Below are positions 1 through 9,431 of a DNA stretch of 64,000 nucleotides, in pieces. The position numbers and the translations under genes are program-made. Below the pieces are notes generated by a model. That model ran no database searches. It worked only from the letters and a program-made list of their open reading frames with translations, and was not told the origin of the DNA. The stretch is taken from positions 80,004 to 144,003 of the forward strand of contig CAVZMH010000020.1 of assembly GCA_963776345.1 (NCBI GenBank). The letters run 5' to 3'. The stretch is from an uncultured delta proteobacterium. GTDB taxonomy: Bacteria; Myxococcota; Myxococcia; Myxococcales; Myxococcaceae. Position 1 is the stretch's first letter. Each line of letters begins with the position of its first letter.

Positions 1-104
1 ACGCGATCTCGGGCTTCTACGCGAAGAACCCGGCGCTGGTGAAGGCCATCGGCGCCGGCGCGCTGGCGCTGCTGATGTCGAAGCTCTCCAAGGGAGGCCG
101 TTGA
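1..104 (+). CDS. 3' end of a hypothetical protein (partial)
   Basis: Frame 3 reads AISGFYAKNPALVKAIGAGALALLMSKLSKGGR*. Its TGA (102-104) overlaps the next ATG (TGATG). Confidence 0.6.
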   Translation, partial: AISGFYAKNPALVKAIGAGALALLMSKLSKGGR

Positions 105-1087
105 TGCGCGGCTCGCTGCGTGCGTCGGTGCTGCTGCTCGCGCTGTCCGTGGTCCTCCCGCGTCTGGCGCTCGCCGACGACGCGGCCGAGGTCACCTGCA
201 AGGACGGGACGAAGAGCAAGGGCGGGAGCGGTGCATGCAGCGGCCACGGCGGCGTGGACAAGAGCGCCTCGAAGGCCAAGAGCGAGCCGAAGCCCAAGAG
301 CGAGAGCAAGGCTAAGAGCAAGAGCGAGAAGAGCAAGTCCGCTGCGTCCGCCGAGGCCGCGCCGGCCACGGCGAGCGCCGGCGAGGCCGGCGAGACCGAG
401 GTCACCTGCAAGGACGGGACGAAGAGCAAGGGCGGGAGCGGCGCGTGCAGCGGCCACGGCGGCGTGGACAAGAGCGCCTCGAAGGCCAAGAGCGAGAAGA
501 GCGAGTCGAAGAGCAAGAGCGCGTCCTCGTCCAAGTCGAAGAGCATGTCCGCTCCGTCGGCCGAGGCCGCGCCCGGCGCGGCGAGCGCCGGCGAGGGTGG
601 CGAGACCGAGGTCACTTGCAAGGACGGGACGAAGAGCAGGGGCGGAAGCGGCGCGTGCAGCGGGCACGGCGGCGTGGACAAGTCGGGCGGAGCCGCTGCG
701 TCCACCTCGAAGTCGAAGAGCGCTCCGGCGGCCGAGGCTGCGGCGCCCGCTGCGGCGAGCGCCGGCGCGGCCGAGGTGACGTGCAAGGACGGCACGAAGA
801 GCAAGGGCGGAAGCGGCGCCTGCAGCGGGCACGGCGGCGTGGACAAGTCGGGCGGAGCGGCTGCGGCGAGCGCGGCGGCCCCGGCGGCGGCTCCTGCGCC
901 CGCGGCTCCGATAGCTCCGGCAGCAGTGCCCGCTCCGACGAAGACCACCAGCGCTCCCGCCGAGGAAGGCGGGCCGGCGACGGCGAAGTGCAAGGACGGG
1001 ACGCTCAGCTACTCCAAGCACCACACCGGCACGTGCTCGAACCACGGCGGCGTCGCGGAGTGGCTCGACGGCTCGCAGGCGCACTGA
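104..1087 (+). CDS. Secreted DUF3761-like repeat protein
   Basis: Signal peptide, four copies of EVTCKDGTKSxGGSGACSGHGGVDK, and C-terminal AKCKDGTLSYSKHHTGTCSNHGGVAEWL. Confidence 0.8.
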   Translation: MRGSLRASVLLLALSVVLPRLALADDAAEVTCKDGTKSKGGSGACSGHGGVDKSASKAKSEPKPKSESKAKSKSEKSKSAASAEAAPATASAGEAGETEVTCKDGTKSKGGSGACSGHGGVDKSASKAKSEKSESKSKSASSSKSKSMSAPSAEAAPGAASAGEGGETEVTCKDGTKSRGGSGACSGHGGVDKSGGAAASTSKSKSAPAAEAAAPAAASAGAAEVTCKDGTKSKGGSGACSGHGGVDKSGGAAAASAAAPAAAPAPAAPIAPAAVPAPTKTTSAPAEEGGPATAKCKDGTLSYSKHHTGTCSNHGGVAEWLDGSQAH

Positions 1088-1122
1088 CCCGGGCTGGCGA
1101 CGAGCGCCGGCCGACCTGATCG

Positions 1123-1551
1123 CTAGCGAATCGGATCGACGAGTCGGAGGCCGTCGAAGCGCGTGAAGTCGCGGTCGGTGGTGGCGAGCGCGGCGCCGTG
1201 CTCGATGGCCAGCGCTGCGAGATGGGCATCGGACACCAGAGGTCCACGCGCCTGGCTCGCCGAGAGAAGACCGACCAGGATCTCCCAGTGGCCCGGCCCC
1301 GGGCCGGGCACGACGACGCACGGAACCTCCAGCCAGGAGGAGACGATCTCCGTCGCCTCCGCGATGGAGAGAGGACGGGTCAGGACGCGGGGGTTGGTCG
1401 AGATCCGCACGAAGGCCAGGAGCACCGCCCACGGAAGCCCGACCGGGGCGGAGCCCGAGAATTGCTCCTCGAGCCACGAGCGCGCGCCCCGGTGGCGGCG
1501 GGAGGTCGCGTCGTAGGCGTACAGGAGGAGATTGGCGTCGACGATCGTCAA
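1123..1551 (-). CDS. vapC: VapC PIN-domain toxin
   Basis: TTG start then TIVDANLLLYAYD...DAHLAALAIEHGAALATTDRDF, a typical PIN/VapC pattern. The ORF track fuses it to the antitoxin. Confidence 0.85.
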   Translation of the reverse strand: MTIVDANLLLYAYDATSRRHRGARSWLEEQFSGSAPVGLPWAVLLAFVRISTNPRVLTRPLSIAEATEIVSSWLEVPCVVVPGPGPGHWEILVGLLSASQARGPLVSDAHLAALAIEHGAALATTDRDFTRFDGLRLVDPIR

Positions 1552-1794
1552 CGGTGCGACGGCCCCTCGACCTGCTTCGAGCAGCCCGCCGATGTCGTCG
1601 TACTCGAGCCCGGGGCGAAGCCCGAGGTCCCGCGGCTTCACCCGGAACGGTGCGCGCGTGCCGGTGCGTCGAGCGTTGAGAGCGAAACGCAGGAGCTCGT
1701 TGACCACCTGCTTGAACGGACGTCCCGACTTCCGGGCCTCGCTCTGCACCCGCGCGGCGACGTCCTCCTCGAGCGTGAGCGTCGTCCTTGGCAC
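1548..1794 (-). CDS. vapB: VapB-type antitoxin (RHH-like); read through into vapC because of a 1-bp insertion near 1576
   Basis: MPRTTLTLEEDVAARV...FKQVVNELLR. Removing one base at CTCGAAGCAG restores LEQVEGPSHR*, overlapping the vapC TTG. Confidence 0.75.
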
Positions 1795-1828
1795 ATCAAG
1801 ATGCTATTGAGAGGCATCATGATGTCAA
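1793..1828 (-). promoter_or_regulatory. Sigma70-type promoter and inverted-repeat operator of vapBC
   Basis: Minus strand: TTGACA (1828-1823), 16 bp, TAGCAT (1806-1801), 6 bp, GTG start. An overlapping inverted repeat ACATCAAGATGC / GCATCATGATGT has 1 mismatch. Confidence 0.7.
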
Positions 1829-2118
1829 CGACCCCGCAGCGCGTCGGCGAGCACGGCCGCCTCGTTCGCCCGGAAGCGAGCCTCGGTCCTGAGCGAGGGA
1901 GGGGTCCCGGATCGCTCCTCGGTCCCGGTCCAGAGCGTCCGGCGGCGCTCGCACTCCGCGACGCAGGCCAGCCGCTCCTGCCGGACCGCGGTCCGGAGCG
2001 CCGTCTCCAGGCGGTGCGCCAGGTCCTCGACGCTGGCTCTGCCCAGCGAGGGATGAGCGCGGAGGATGTCCGCGGCGATCATCCCCGCGAGCGCGGTGAG
2101 CGAGAATTCCTGCTCCAC
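1825..2118 (-). CDS. Hypothetical helical protein
   Basis: 97-aa ORF with a GGAGG ribosome-binding site, directly downstream of mutY. Confidence 0.6.
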   Translation of the reverse strand: MEQEFSLTALAGMIAADILRAHPSLGRASVEDLAHRLETALRTAVRQERLACVAECERRRTLWTGTEERSGTPPSLRTEARFRANEAAVLADALRGR

Positions 2119-3174
2119 GGCCTGCCTCCTTCCGGTCCGTGGCCAGCGAGGACGCGCTGGAGCACGGCCTGCATCGCGGCGGACACGCCGAGCGTCTCAA
2201 TCTCCCCGGCAGTCGCCCAGCGCGCCCCGTCCGGGGGCTCGAGACGCTCGACCTCGTAGATCTCGAAGCGTGAGCGCGCGGTGGGTCAAGGTCCGCTCCA
2301 CGCGCCCGAGCGGGCGGAGCGCCTCGCCCATCTCCGGCCAGCGGGCGCGCAGCGCCTCGACCTCGCTGCCCGGCGCGCACTCGACGCCCGGGAGCTCCCA
2401 GAGCCCGCCGAAGAGTCCCGTCCCGTGACGGCGGACGAGGAGCACCGCCTCGCCCTTCCGCGCCGCCGCCACGGCGAGATGCAGCGCCCGGCGGGCAGTG
2501 CGGACCTTCGGCGCGGGGATGTCCGCCACCCGGCCGGTGGCGAGGGCGACGCAATGGGCCCGCACCGGGCAGAGGAGGCACGTCGGCTGCTCGGGCCGGC
2601 ACACGGTCGCGCCGAGCTCCATCAGCGCCTGGTTCCAGTCGCCCGGGCGCTCGCCCTGGACCAGCGCCTCGGCCAGGGCCCACAGCGCCTTCTCGCGCCC
2701 GGCGTCTCCCGTCGCCCCCTCGATGCCGAACAGCCGGGCGAGCACCCGCGCCACGTTCCCGTCGACGAGCGGGACCTCGCGCCGGAAGGCGATCGAGGCC
2801 ACCGCACCCACCGTGTACCGTCCGAAACCGGGCAGGGCGCGGAGCGCCTCCACGTCGTCGGGGAGCTGGCCCCCGTGTCGCTCGACGACGGCCTGCGCCG
2901 CCCGGTGGAGATTGCGCGCCCGCGCGTAGTAGCCGAGCCCGCGCCACGCGGCGAGCACCTGGTCCAGGCTCGCCCGGGCCAGCGCGCCCACGTCGGGGAA
3001 GCGGGCGAGGAACGCGGTCCAGTACGGAAGCACCACCGAGACCTGGGTCTGCTGGAGCATCACCTCGCTCACCCAGATGCCGTAGGGGTCGCGGGTGCGC
3101 CGCCAGGGGAGATCCCGGGCCTGCGCGTCGTACCAGCCGAGCAGCGCGGAGCGGAGCTCGGTGGGCGCCGGCAC
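2079..3174 (-). CDS. mutY: A/G-specific adenine glycosylase (frameshift near 2266)
   Basis: LPWRRTRDPYGIWVSEVMLQQTQV, GLGYYARARNLH, HhH LPGFGRYT, Fe-S CRPEQPTCLLCPVRAHC and a NUDIX-like tail. A +1 base near 2266 truncates the tail. Confidence 0.93.
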
Positions 3175-3255
3175 GCTCGCTCGCCGCGTACGCCGCCCCG
3201 GCCTCGTTCGCCCCCCGCTGACAGGGGCCCGGGCTACAGTCCTCTTCGAGCCGAG

Positions 3256-4254
3256 ATGGGCCAGAACGTCCTCACGAACGACTTCAGCTGGTCGAAGAGC
3301 CGCCACGAGAAGTTCCAGGACTGCCGGCGGGCCTACTACCTCCATTACTACGGGAGCTGGGGCGGCTGGGAGGACGGCGCGCATCCCGAGCTCCGCCAGC
3401 TCTGGGTGCTGAAGAAGCTCGCCAACCGCTTCAACTGGGCGGGCAGCGTGGTCCATGCGGTCATCAAGGATGCGCTGCTCGACGTCCGCGCCGGGCGGCG
3501 GCCGGACGCGGCGCGGGCCATCGTCCGGGCGCGGGCCGTCATGCGCGAGGACTACAAGCACTCGCGCGCCCGGGCCTACTGGAAGGAGCGCCGCCGGCTC
3601 GAGTTCATGGGCCTGATGGAGCACGAGTACGGCGAGCCTCTGCCGGACAGCGAGTGGAAGCGGACCTGGGACGGCGTGGAGGCGGCGCTGACCTGGTTCT
3701 TCCAGTCGCCGTGGCTCGAGCGGGCGCGGGCGCTGCAGCCGCAGCAGTGGCTGGAGGTGGACGAGGGCGCCGACCACAGCTGGTTCGAGATGGACGGGGT
3801 GAAGATGTTCGCCATCCCGGACTTCGCCTTCCGCGACCACGACGGCCACATCACCGTGGTGGACTGGAAGACCGGCGCGCCGCACACCGGCTACGAGGAC
3901 CAGGTGGTGGGCTACGCGCTGTACCTCGCCCACCGGCACCGGGTGGAGCCGCAGCAGATCCGCTGCCGGCTGGTGTTCCTCAACGCCGGGCAGGAGGTCG
4001 AGGTCCCGGTCGACGCGCAGACCATCGAGCACTTCTCGGTGAAGTTCCGCGAGTCGGTGCAGCGGATGCGCGAGCTCCTGGTCAACGCCGCGGCGAACAC
4101 CCCGCTCGACGCCGCGCAGTTCCCGATGACCGAGGAGCTCTCGCAGTGCGCCCGCTGCGCGTTCCGCCGCGCGTGCGGTCGGCAGAGCGTGACCTTCGCC
4201 TCGCTCCCGCCGCGGCCGCCGCAGCCGGAAGAGCCGAGCGTCAGCGCCGCCTAG
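3256..4254 (+). CDS. PD-(D/E)XK nuclease, Cas4/AddB-like with probable Fe-S staple
   Basis: SWSKSRHEKFQDC, AIPD...VVDWKT, QVVGY, and C-terminal CARCAFRRAC. Confidence 0.8.
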   Translation: MGQNVLTNDFSWSKSRHEKFQDCRRAYYLHYYGSWGGWEDGAHPELRQLWVLKKLANRFNWAGSVVHAVIKDALLDVRAGRRPDAARAIVRARAVMREDYKHSRARAYWKERRRLEFMGLMEHEYGEPLPDSEWKRTWDGVEAALTWFFQSPWLERARALQPQQWLEVDEGADHSWFEMDGVKMFAIPDFAFRDHDGHITVVDWKTGAPHTGYEDQVVGYALYLAHRHRVEPQQIRCRLVFLNAGQEVEVPVDAQTIEHFSVKFRESVQRMRELLVNAAANTPLDAAQFPMTEELSQCARCAFRRACGRQSVTFASLPPRPPQPEEPSVSAA

Positions 4255-4255
4255 C

Positions 4256-5119
4256 CTAGCGGCCGTGCGCGATGCGGCGGACCACCACGCCCGCCGCGTT
4301 CATCCCGAACACGCTGGTGACAAAGCCCACGCTGCCGTTCACCTGGGTACGGTGATCGCAGGTGTGGAAGTCGTTCTCGCGGCTCGGGCAGACGCAGAGG
4401 AAGCCCTCAGTCGCCGCGTCGTAGGTGAGGGGGACCGGGGTCCGGGGCGGCTCGACCGAGTAGACGGCGGTGATGCCTGTGCGCCGGTCGGTCTCCAGGC
4501 CGTACTTTCGCTTGAGGAGCTTCCGGACGTCCTTGGCCAGCGGGTCCATGATGGTCTCCGAGAGGTCGTCGACCCGGATGGCGGTGGGGTCGAGCCGGCC
4601 GGCGGCGCCCATGCTGCTCACCACCGGGAGCCCGAGCTGCACGCAGCGGTGCAGGAGGTGCAGCTTGGCCTTCACGTTGTCGATGGCGTCGACCACGAAG
4701 TCCCAGCCGGGCTGGAGCAGCTGCTCGGAGCTCTCGGCGCGGTAGAACTCGGCGACCGGCTCGACGCTGCAGTCCGGGTTCACCTCGCGGCAACGCTGGG
4801 CCATGAGCTCGGCCTTGCTCTTGCCCACGGTGCGCACCGTCGCGTGCAGCTGGCGGTTGAGGTTGGTGACGCAGACCTCGTCGAAGTCCACGAGCGTGAG
4901 GTGTCCCACGCCGCTCCGGACCAGCCCCTCCACCGCATAGCTGCCGACGCCGCCGAGGCCGAAGACGACGACCCGGGCCCGGGCGAGCCGCTCCATGGCC
5001 TCGTCCCCGAGGAGCCGGCCGGTGCGGTCCCACCGGCGCGAGAGCCGGAAGGCGCGCGCGGTCTCGTCGCCGGGGCGTGGTGCCGGCGGGGTGGAGGGAC
5101 GGAGCGAGGGAGCGGTCAT
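4256..5119 (-). CDS. tcdA: ThiF-family tRNA threonylcarbamoyladenosine dehydratase
   Basis: VFGLGGVGSYAVEGLVRSGVG, TNLNRQL, VVDAIDN, SSMGAAGRLDP, DPLAKDVRK. Confidence 0.85.
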   Translation of the reverse strand: MTAPSLRPSTPPAPRPGDETARAFRLSRRWDRTGRLLGDEAMERLARARVVVFGLGGVGSYAVEGLVRSGVGHLTLVDFDEVCVTNLNRQLHATVRTVGKSKAELMAQRCREVNPDCSVEPVAEFYRAESSEQLLQPGWDFVVDAIDNVKAKLHLLHRCVQLGLPVVSSMGAAGRLDPTAIRVDDLSETIMDPLAKDVRKLLKRKYGLETDRRTGITAVYSVEPPRTPVPLTYDAATEGFLCVCPSRENDFHTCDHRTQVNGSVGFVTSVFGMNAAGVVVRRIAHGR

Positions 5120-5301
5120 GGGCGGCCCTTCTCTAGCGCGTCCGGGTCGGCGGTGCGCGGGCCCGTCCCACGGGCCCCCGGGACGGCCCCGGGCGACGAC
5201 CTGGCGCTCGGGCAGGAGGCGGTCGGCTCGTCGCCGGGAGCGTCGGTCTGCAGTCGCGGGGGACTGTGGACCTGGCTGGGCGACGGCTCGCGCGGGCGTC
5301 C

Positions 5302-6088
5302 TCAGAGACGGAAGGCGGGGAACAGTCGCCGGGCATTCTCGGCCACCAGCGCTCCCGTGGCCGCGACGGAGTCCCCGAGGGCCGCCGCGGTCGACTCGAC
5401 CACCCGGACCAGGAACGCCGGCTCGTTCCGGCCGCCCCGATGCGGCGCGGGGGCCTGGTCCGGCGCGTCGGTCTCGACCAGCAGCCGGTCGCGGGGGGTG
5501 AGCCGGAGCGCCTCGACCGGCTTCCGCGCCCCGGGCCAGCTCACCGGTCCGGCGAAGCTCAGGTGGCACCCGCGGGCGACGTACGCCGCGACTCGGGCCG
5601 GGCCTCCGCTGTAGCTGTGCAGCACCACGCCGGCCTCGGGCAGCTGCGCGTGGGCGAGCCACTCCTCCAGCGCGGGGTGCGCCCTCTGGCAGTGAAGGAG
5701 GAGCGGGAGCCCGTGCTTCCGGGCGAGCCGTGCGTGTGCCTCGAGCACCCGGACCTGCCGCTCCATCGGAGCCCCGGGGGCGCTGGGCCCGTCGAGCCCG
5801 CACTCTCCCACCGCGACCGCACCGCCGCTGGCCAGGAGCGCGTCCAGCCGCTCGAGCGCGGGTCCGTCACCTTCCTCGGGCAGCTCGGGCAAGCAGCTGC
5901 GGGTGGATGCCGAGTCCGACCTGGACGCGGCGGTCGCTCCGGGGCAGCGCCAGCAGCGCCTCCCAGGCGTCCGGCCCGATGGCCGGGACCAGGATGCCCT
6001 CGACACCTGCCGCCCAGGCGCGCCCGAGCACCGCCTCGCGGTCCGGGTCGAAGCGGGGGACGTCCAGGTGGCAGTGGGTGTCGATCAG
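5302..6088 (-). CDS. tatD: TatD-family hydrolase (frameshift near 5891; start uncertain)
   Basis: IDTHCHLD and GIHP in one frame; AVGECGLD, LHC, VLHSYSG and ETDAP in another. Confidence 0.85.
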
Positions 6089-6135
6089 CCGGCCGGCCCT
6101 CGTGGCAGAGCAGCCGACCCTAGGCCGGCCGGACG

Positions 6136-6345
6136 CTACTGGACCAGGACGATGCGCGCGTGCGCCGCCCGGCCAATCTCCCGGGACGAGAGCAGGCGGG
6201 CCACGTCCCTCACCTCGTTGCCCACCGTGTCGAAGGCGGCGACGATGAGCTCGCCGAGCGTGGTCTGCACCGCCTCCTGGTGCGCCCTTGCCTTCCGCGT
6301 CAACCGCTGCAGCCGCGTGCCCTTCTTCCCCGATGACTTGCGCAT
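6136..6345 (-). CDS. Small basic hypothetical protein
   Basis: MRKSSGKKG...TTLGELIVAAFDTVG, with a GGAG ribosome-binding site upstream. Confidence 0.65.
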   Translation of the reverse strand: MRKSSGKKGTRLQRLTRKARAHQEAVQTTLGELIVAAFDTVGNEVRDVARLLSSREIGRAAHARIVLVQ

Positions 6346-6565
6346 GGTCTCTCCGTAATCGCCGGGCCGGTGTCCGGCAGCTGTGTCCAGGCCCCGGAGC
6401 GGCCACTGTGCCGTCCAGGGTCTGACCGGAAGGTGTGTCCTTCGCCGGAGTCCGTGACACCGCGCGTCCGGGACCGGCCTGCAACGGGGCATCCCCGCGT
6501 CATCAGGAGCCTCCGAGGAACCCTCTCCCCGCGAGACGGGGTGGGGTGGTACGCCCTCCCACCAG

Positions 6566-7543
6566 ATGCGGATGCACGTGCTCTTCCACGACAACTGCTT
6601 CGACGGCGCGGCCAGCGCCGCCGTGTTCTCGCGCTTCTACCGGGAGCGCATCCGTCCGGACGCGACGCTCACCTACCAGGGCCTGTCACACCAGGCCAAC
6701 GGCGCCCCGGTGCTCGAGTCGGCGTTCCAGGGGGACGAGAACGCCATCGTCGATTTCCGGTACAGCCAGTCGCCCGGGCTGACCTGGTGGTTCGACCACC
6801 ACGCCTCGGCCTTCCAGACGCCGGGGGACGAGGCCCACTACCGGGCGGACACCTCGGGCAGGAAGTTCCACGACGCGCGGCGGAAGAGCTGCACGGTGTA
6901 CCTCGCCGACGTGGCGCGGGCCCGCTTCGGGTTCGACCCCGGGCCGATGACCGAGCTGCTCGAGTGGGCGGAGATCATCGACGGCGCGCAGTTCCCGAGC
7001 CCGCAGATGGCGGTGGGCCTCCGCGAGCCGGCGCTCCAGCTCATGACCGTGCTCGAGGCCAACCACGATCCGGAGCTGATCCCCGAGGTCATTCGCCTGC
7101 TCCAGCGCCACACCCTCTCCGAGGTGGCGTCGCGTCCGATGATCCAGGAGCCGTTCCGTCCGCTGCTCGAGCGGCACCAGCACAACCGCGAGCTGGTCCG
7201 GAAGAAGGCCGCCATCGACCGGGGCGTGGTCTTCTTCGACGTGGCCGACGAGGGCCTGGACGCGATGAACAAGTTCATCGCCTACGACCTCTTCCCGGAA
7301 GCGCGCTACGTGGTCTGGGTGGGGCGCGGCGCCAAGCGGGCCAAGGTGTCCATCGGCAGCAACCCCTGGCGCCCCGAGCTCCGGCGGCACGACCTCTCCG
7401 CCATCGCCGAGCGCTGGGGCGGTGGTGGGCACCCGGTGGTGGCGGCGATGAGCTTCAAGCCCGAGGAGCTGCCCCGGGCCCGCGAGGCCGCGCGGTCCAT
7501 CGTCGAGGAGCTGCGCGCCGAGCCCGTGTCCGCCTCCGCCTGA
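6566..7543 (+). CDS. DHH-family phosphoesterase
   Basis: HDNCFDG, IVDF, WFDHH, GGGGHP motifs. Confidence 0.85.
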   Translation: MRMHVLFHDNCFDGAASAAVFSRFYRERIRPDATLTYQGLSHQANGAPVLESAFQGDENAIVDFRYSQSPGLTWWFDHHASAFQTPGDEAHYRADTSGRKFHDARRKSCTVYLADVARARFGFDPGPMTELLEWAEIIDGAQFPSPQMAVGLREPALQLMTVLEANHDPELIPEVIRLLQRHTLSEVASRPMIQEPFRPLLERHQHNRELVRKKAAIDRGVVFFDVADEGLDAMNKFIAYDLFPEARYVVWVGRGAKRAKVSIGSNPWRPELRRHDLSAIAERWGGGGHPVVAAMSFKPEELPRAREAARSIVEELRAEPVSASA

Positions 7544-7564
7544 GCCCGGGGGGATACTGTCGGA

Positions 7565-7969
7565 GACACTGTGCCGCGGCCGCCCTGGTCTCGACGGCTG
7601 CGGGCCTGAGAGTCTTCGACCAGGACCTCGGGCGCGGCCGCGGACGACACTGTGCTGCGGCCGCCTGGTCTCAACGACTGCGGGCCTGAGAATCTTCGAC
7701 CAGGACCTCGGGCGCGGCCGCGGACGACACTGTGCTGCGGCCGCCCTGGTCTCGACGACTGCGGGCCTGAGAGTCTTCGTCCAGGACCTCGGGCGCGGCC
7801 GCGGACGACACTGTGTCGCGGCCGCCCTGGTCTCGACGACTGCGGGCCTGAGAGTCTTCGACCAGGACCTCGGGCGCGGCCGCGGACGACACTGTGCTGC
7901 GGCCGCCTGGTCTCGACGGCTGCGGGCCTGAGAGTCTTCGACCAGGACCTCGGGCGCGGCCGCCCTGAC
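7565..7969. repeat. Tandem array of five 80-81 bp palindromic units (REP-like)
   Basis: GACACTGTG starts at 7565, 7646, 7726, 7807 and 7888. Each unit has two GCGGCCGC sites and there are no unique spacers. Confidence 0.9.
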
Positions 7970-8536
7970 CTACAGGAGCGGGAACCCGCGGGCCCGGAGC
8001 ATCCGGACCACCGGGAGCATCGGGAGCCCCTGCACCGAGGTGCGGTCGCCCTCGAGCCCGGAGACCAGCGCCTGCCCCCGGCCCTCGATGCGGTAGCCGC
8101 CCGCGCAGCCACGCCACTCCTCGGTGTCGAGGTAGCGCTCCAGCTCCTCGGCGGTGAGCGGGTGGAAGCGCAGCGTGACGACGTCGAGCTCGAGCTGCTC
8201 GTCGCCCCCGCCCACCAGCGCCACGGCGGTGAGGAGGCGGTGCGCCCGGCCGAGCAGCGCCCCGAGCTGGGCGCGCGCCGCGTCCCGTGACTCCGGCTTG
8301 CCAAGCACCCGGCCATCCACCTCGGCGAGCTGGTCGGCGCCGAGCACCAGCGCGTCCGGGCGTCGCTCGGCGACGGCGCGCGCCTTGCGGAGCGCGAGCA
8401 TCCGCACCGAATCCTCGATCCCCGTTCCCTCGGGGAGGTCCTCGTCCACGCCCGGCGCCTCGACGGAGTAGGGCACCCCGAGCGCGTCGAGCAGGGCCCT
8501 GCGGGCCGGCGAGGTGGAGGCGAGGAACAGGCGCAT
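7970..8536 (-). CDS. maf: Maf-family nucleoside triphosphate pyrophosphatase
   Basis: LFLASTSPARR, VLGADQ, LGKP, GCAGGYRIEG, VQGLP. Confidence 0.9.
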   Translation of the reverse strand: MRLFLASTSPARRALLDALGVPYSVEAPGVDEDLPEGTGIEDSVRMLALRKARAVAERRPDALVLGADQLAEVDGRVLGKPESRDAARAQLGALLGRAHRLLTAVALVGGGDEQLELDVVTLRFHPLTAEELERYLDTEEWRGCAGGYRIEGRGQALVSGLEGDRTSVQGLPMLPVVRMLRARGFPLL

Positions 8537-8687
8537 CGCGGAGCAGGCTCTCTCACACGGTGCCGCGGCGCGCTGCAAGCTTTGCCGACCCACCGGGCCG
8601 GGGATGACCCACCCCCTCCGGTGCGGGGATCCCCGGAACTCGGGACCTTGGTGATGGGACAATGGTTTGCACTGTTCGGCGGTCGCG

Positions 8688-9422
8688 ATGGACCGGCGAA
8701 TGGCAAGGAGGCGGAGGCACCCGCGCGGCGCGACGCTCCTGCTGTCGCTCGGGGTGGTGACCTTCCTCACCCTCGGCGCCATCACCACGCTGAACCTGAT
8801 CACCGCGCAGTCGGATCCCGCGGGACAGGATCGCCGGGCAAAGGAGGCCTTCTTCGCTGCGGAGGCCGGGCTGGCCGAGGCGCGGGAGTGGCTCCGGCTG
8901 CAGACCGCGGCCATCCCCTCGCCGCAGCCGACCAACGCCATCCTCGCCGCGCTGGCCCCGGCCACCGACGTGGGCGGCTCGACCGACCCCTGGTACCAGA
9001 TTCCGCTCGGCAACACGCCGGATGCCTGGGTGGCCTACACGCTCTCCCGTGCGCCCGACGCCAATGGCGCCCAGGCGCTGGACACCGGGGTGACCGCCGC
9101 CGGGCTGGAGCTCACCGCCTCGGACGGCACGCAGTACCTGGCGTACCCTGACGCCTCGCGCGTCACCTACCGCGTCTTCCTCCGCGACGACGACGACGGC
9201 GACGGCGACCCCACGGTGGACTCGAACGGCACCGTCTGGCTGGTGGCGGTGGGCCAGGTGCAGGTGGGCCTCGGCGTCCCGGTGCAGGCGGTGGTGCGCG
9301 CGCTGGTCCGTCCCGGCACCGGCGCGGTGGGCACCGGCTACAGCTACTCCGACAAGATCTGGGACCCCGTTCACCTGAACGAGAACGCCCCCATCAACGC
9401 CAACACGACCACCAGTCTCTAG
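8688..9422 (+). CDS. pilX: PilX-like minor pilin
   Basis: Prepilin-like RG|ATLLLSLGVV without Glu5, and AFFAAEAGL. First gene of the minor-pilin cluster. Confidence 0.75.
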   Translation: MDRRMARRRRHPRGATLLLSLGVVTFLTLGAITTLNLITAQSDPAGQDRRAKEAFFAAEAGLAEAREWLRLQTAAIPSPQPTNAILAALAPATDVGGSTDPWYQIPLGNTPDAWVAYTLSRAPDANGAQALDTGVTAAGLELTASDGTQYLAYPDASRVTYRVFLRDDDDGDGDPTVDSNGTVWLVAVGQVQVGLGVPVQAVVRALVRPGTGAVGTGYSYSDKIWDPVHLNENAPINANTTTSL

Positions 9423-9431
9423 AGGCCCGAC

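Noticed and set aside
1575..2268. Methylation at CTCGAG inferred from two indels in that motif
   Set aside because: Only two of about eight indels fall there, and many CTCGAG sites in the window are intact.
7565..7969. CRISPR array (a Cas4-like gene lies about 3 kb away)
   Set aside because: Units are near-identical along their whole 81 bp, with no unique spacers, no leader and no cas1/cas2.
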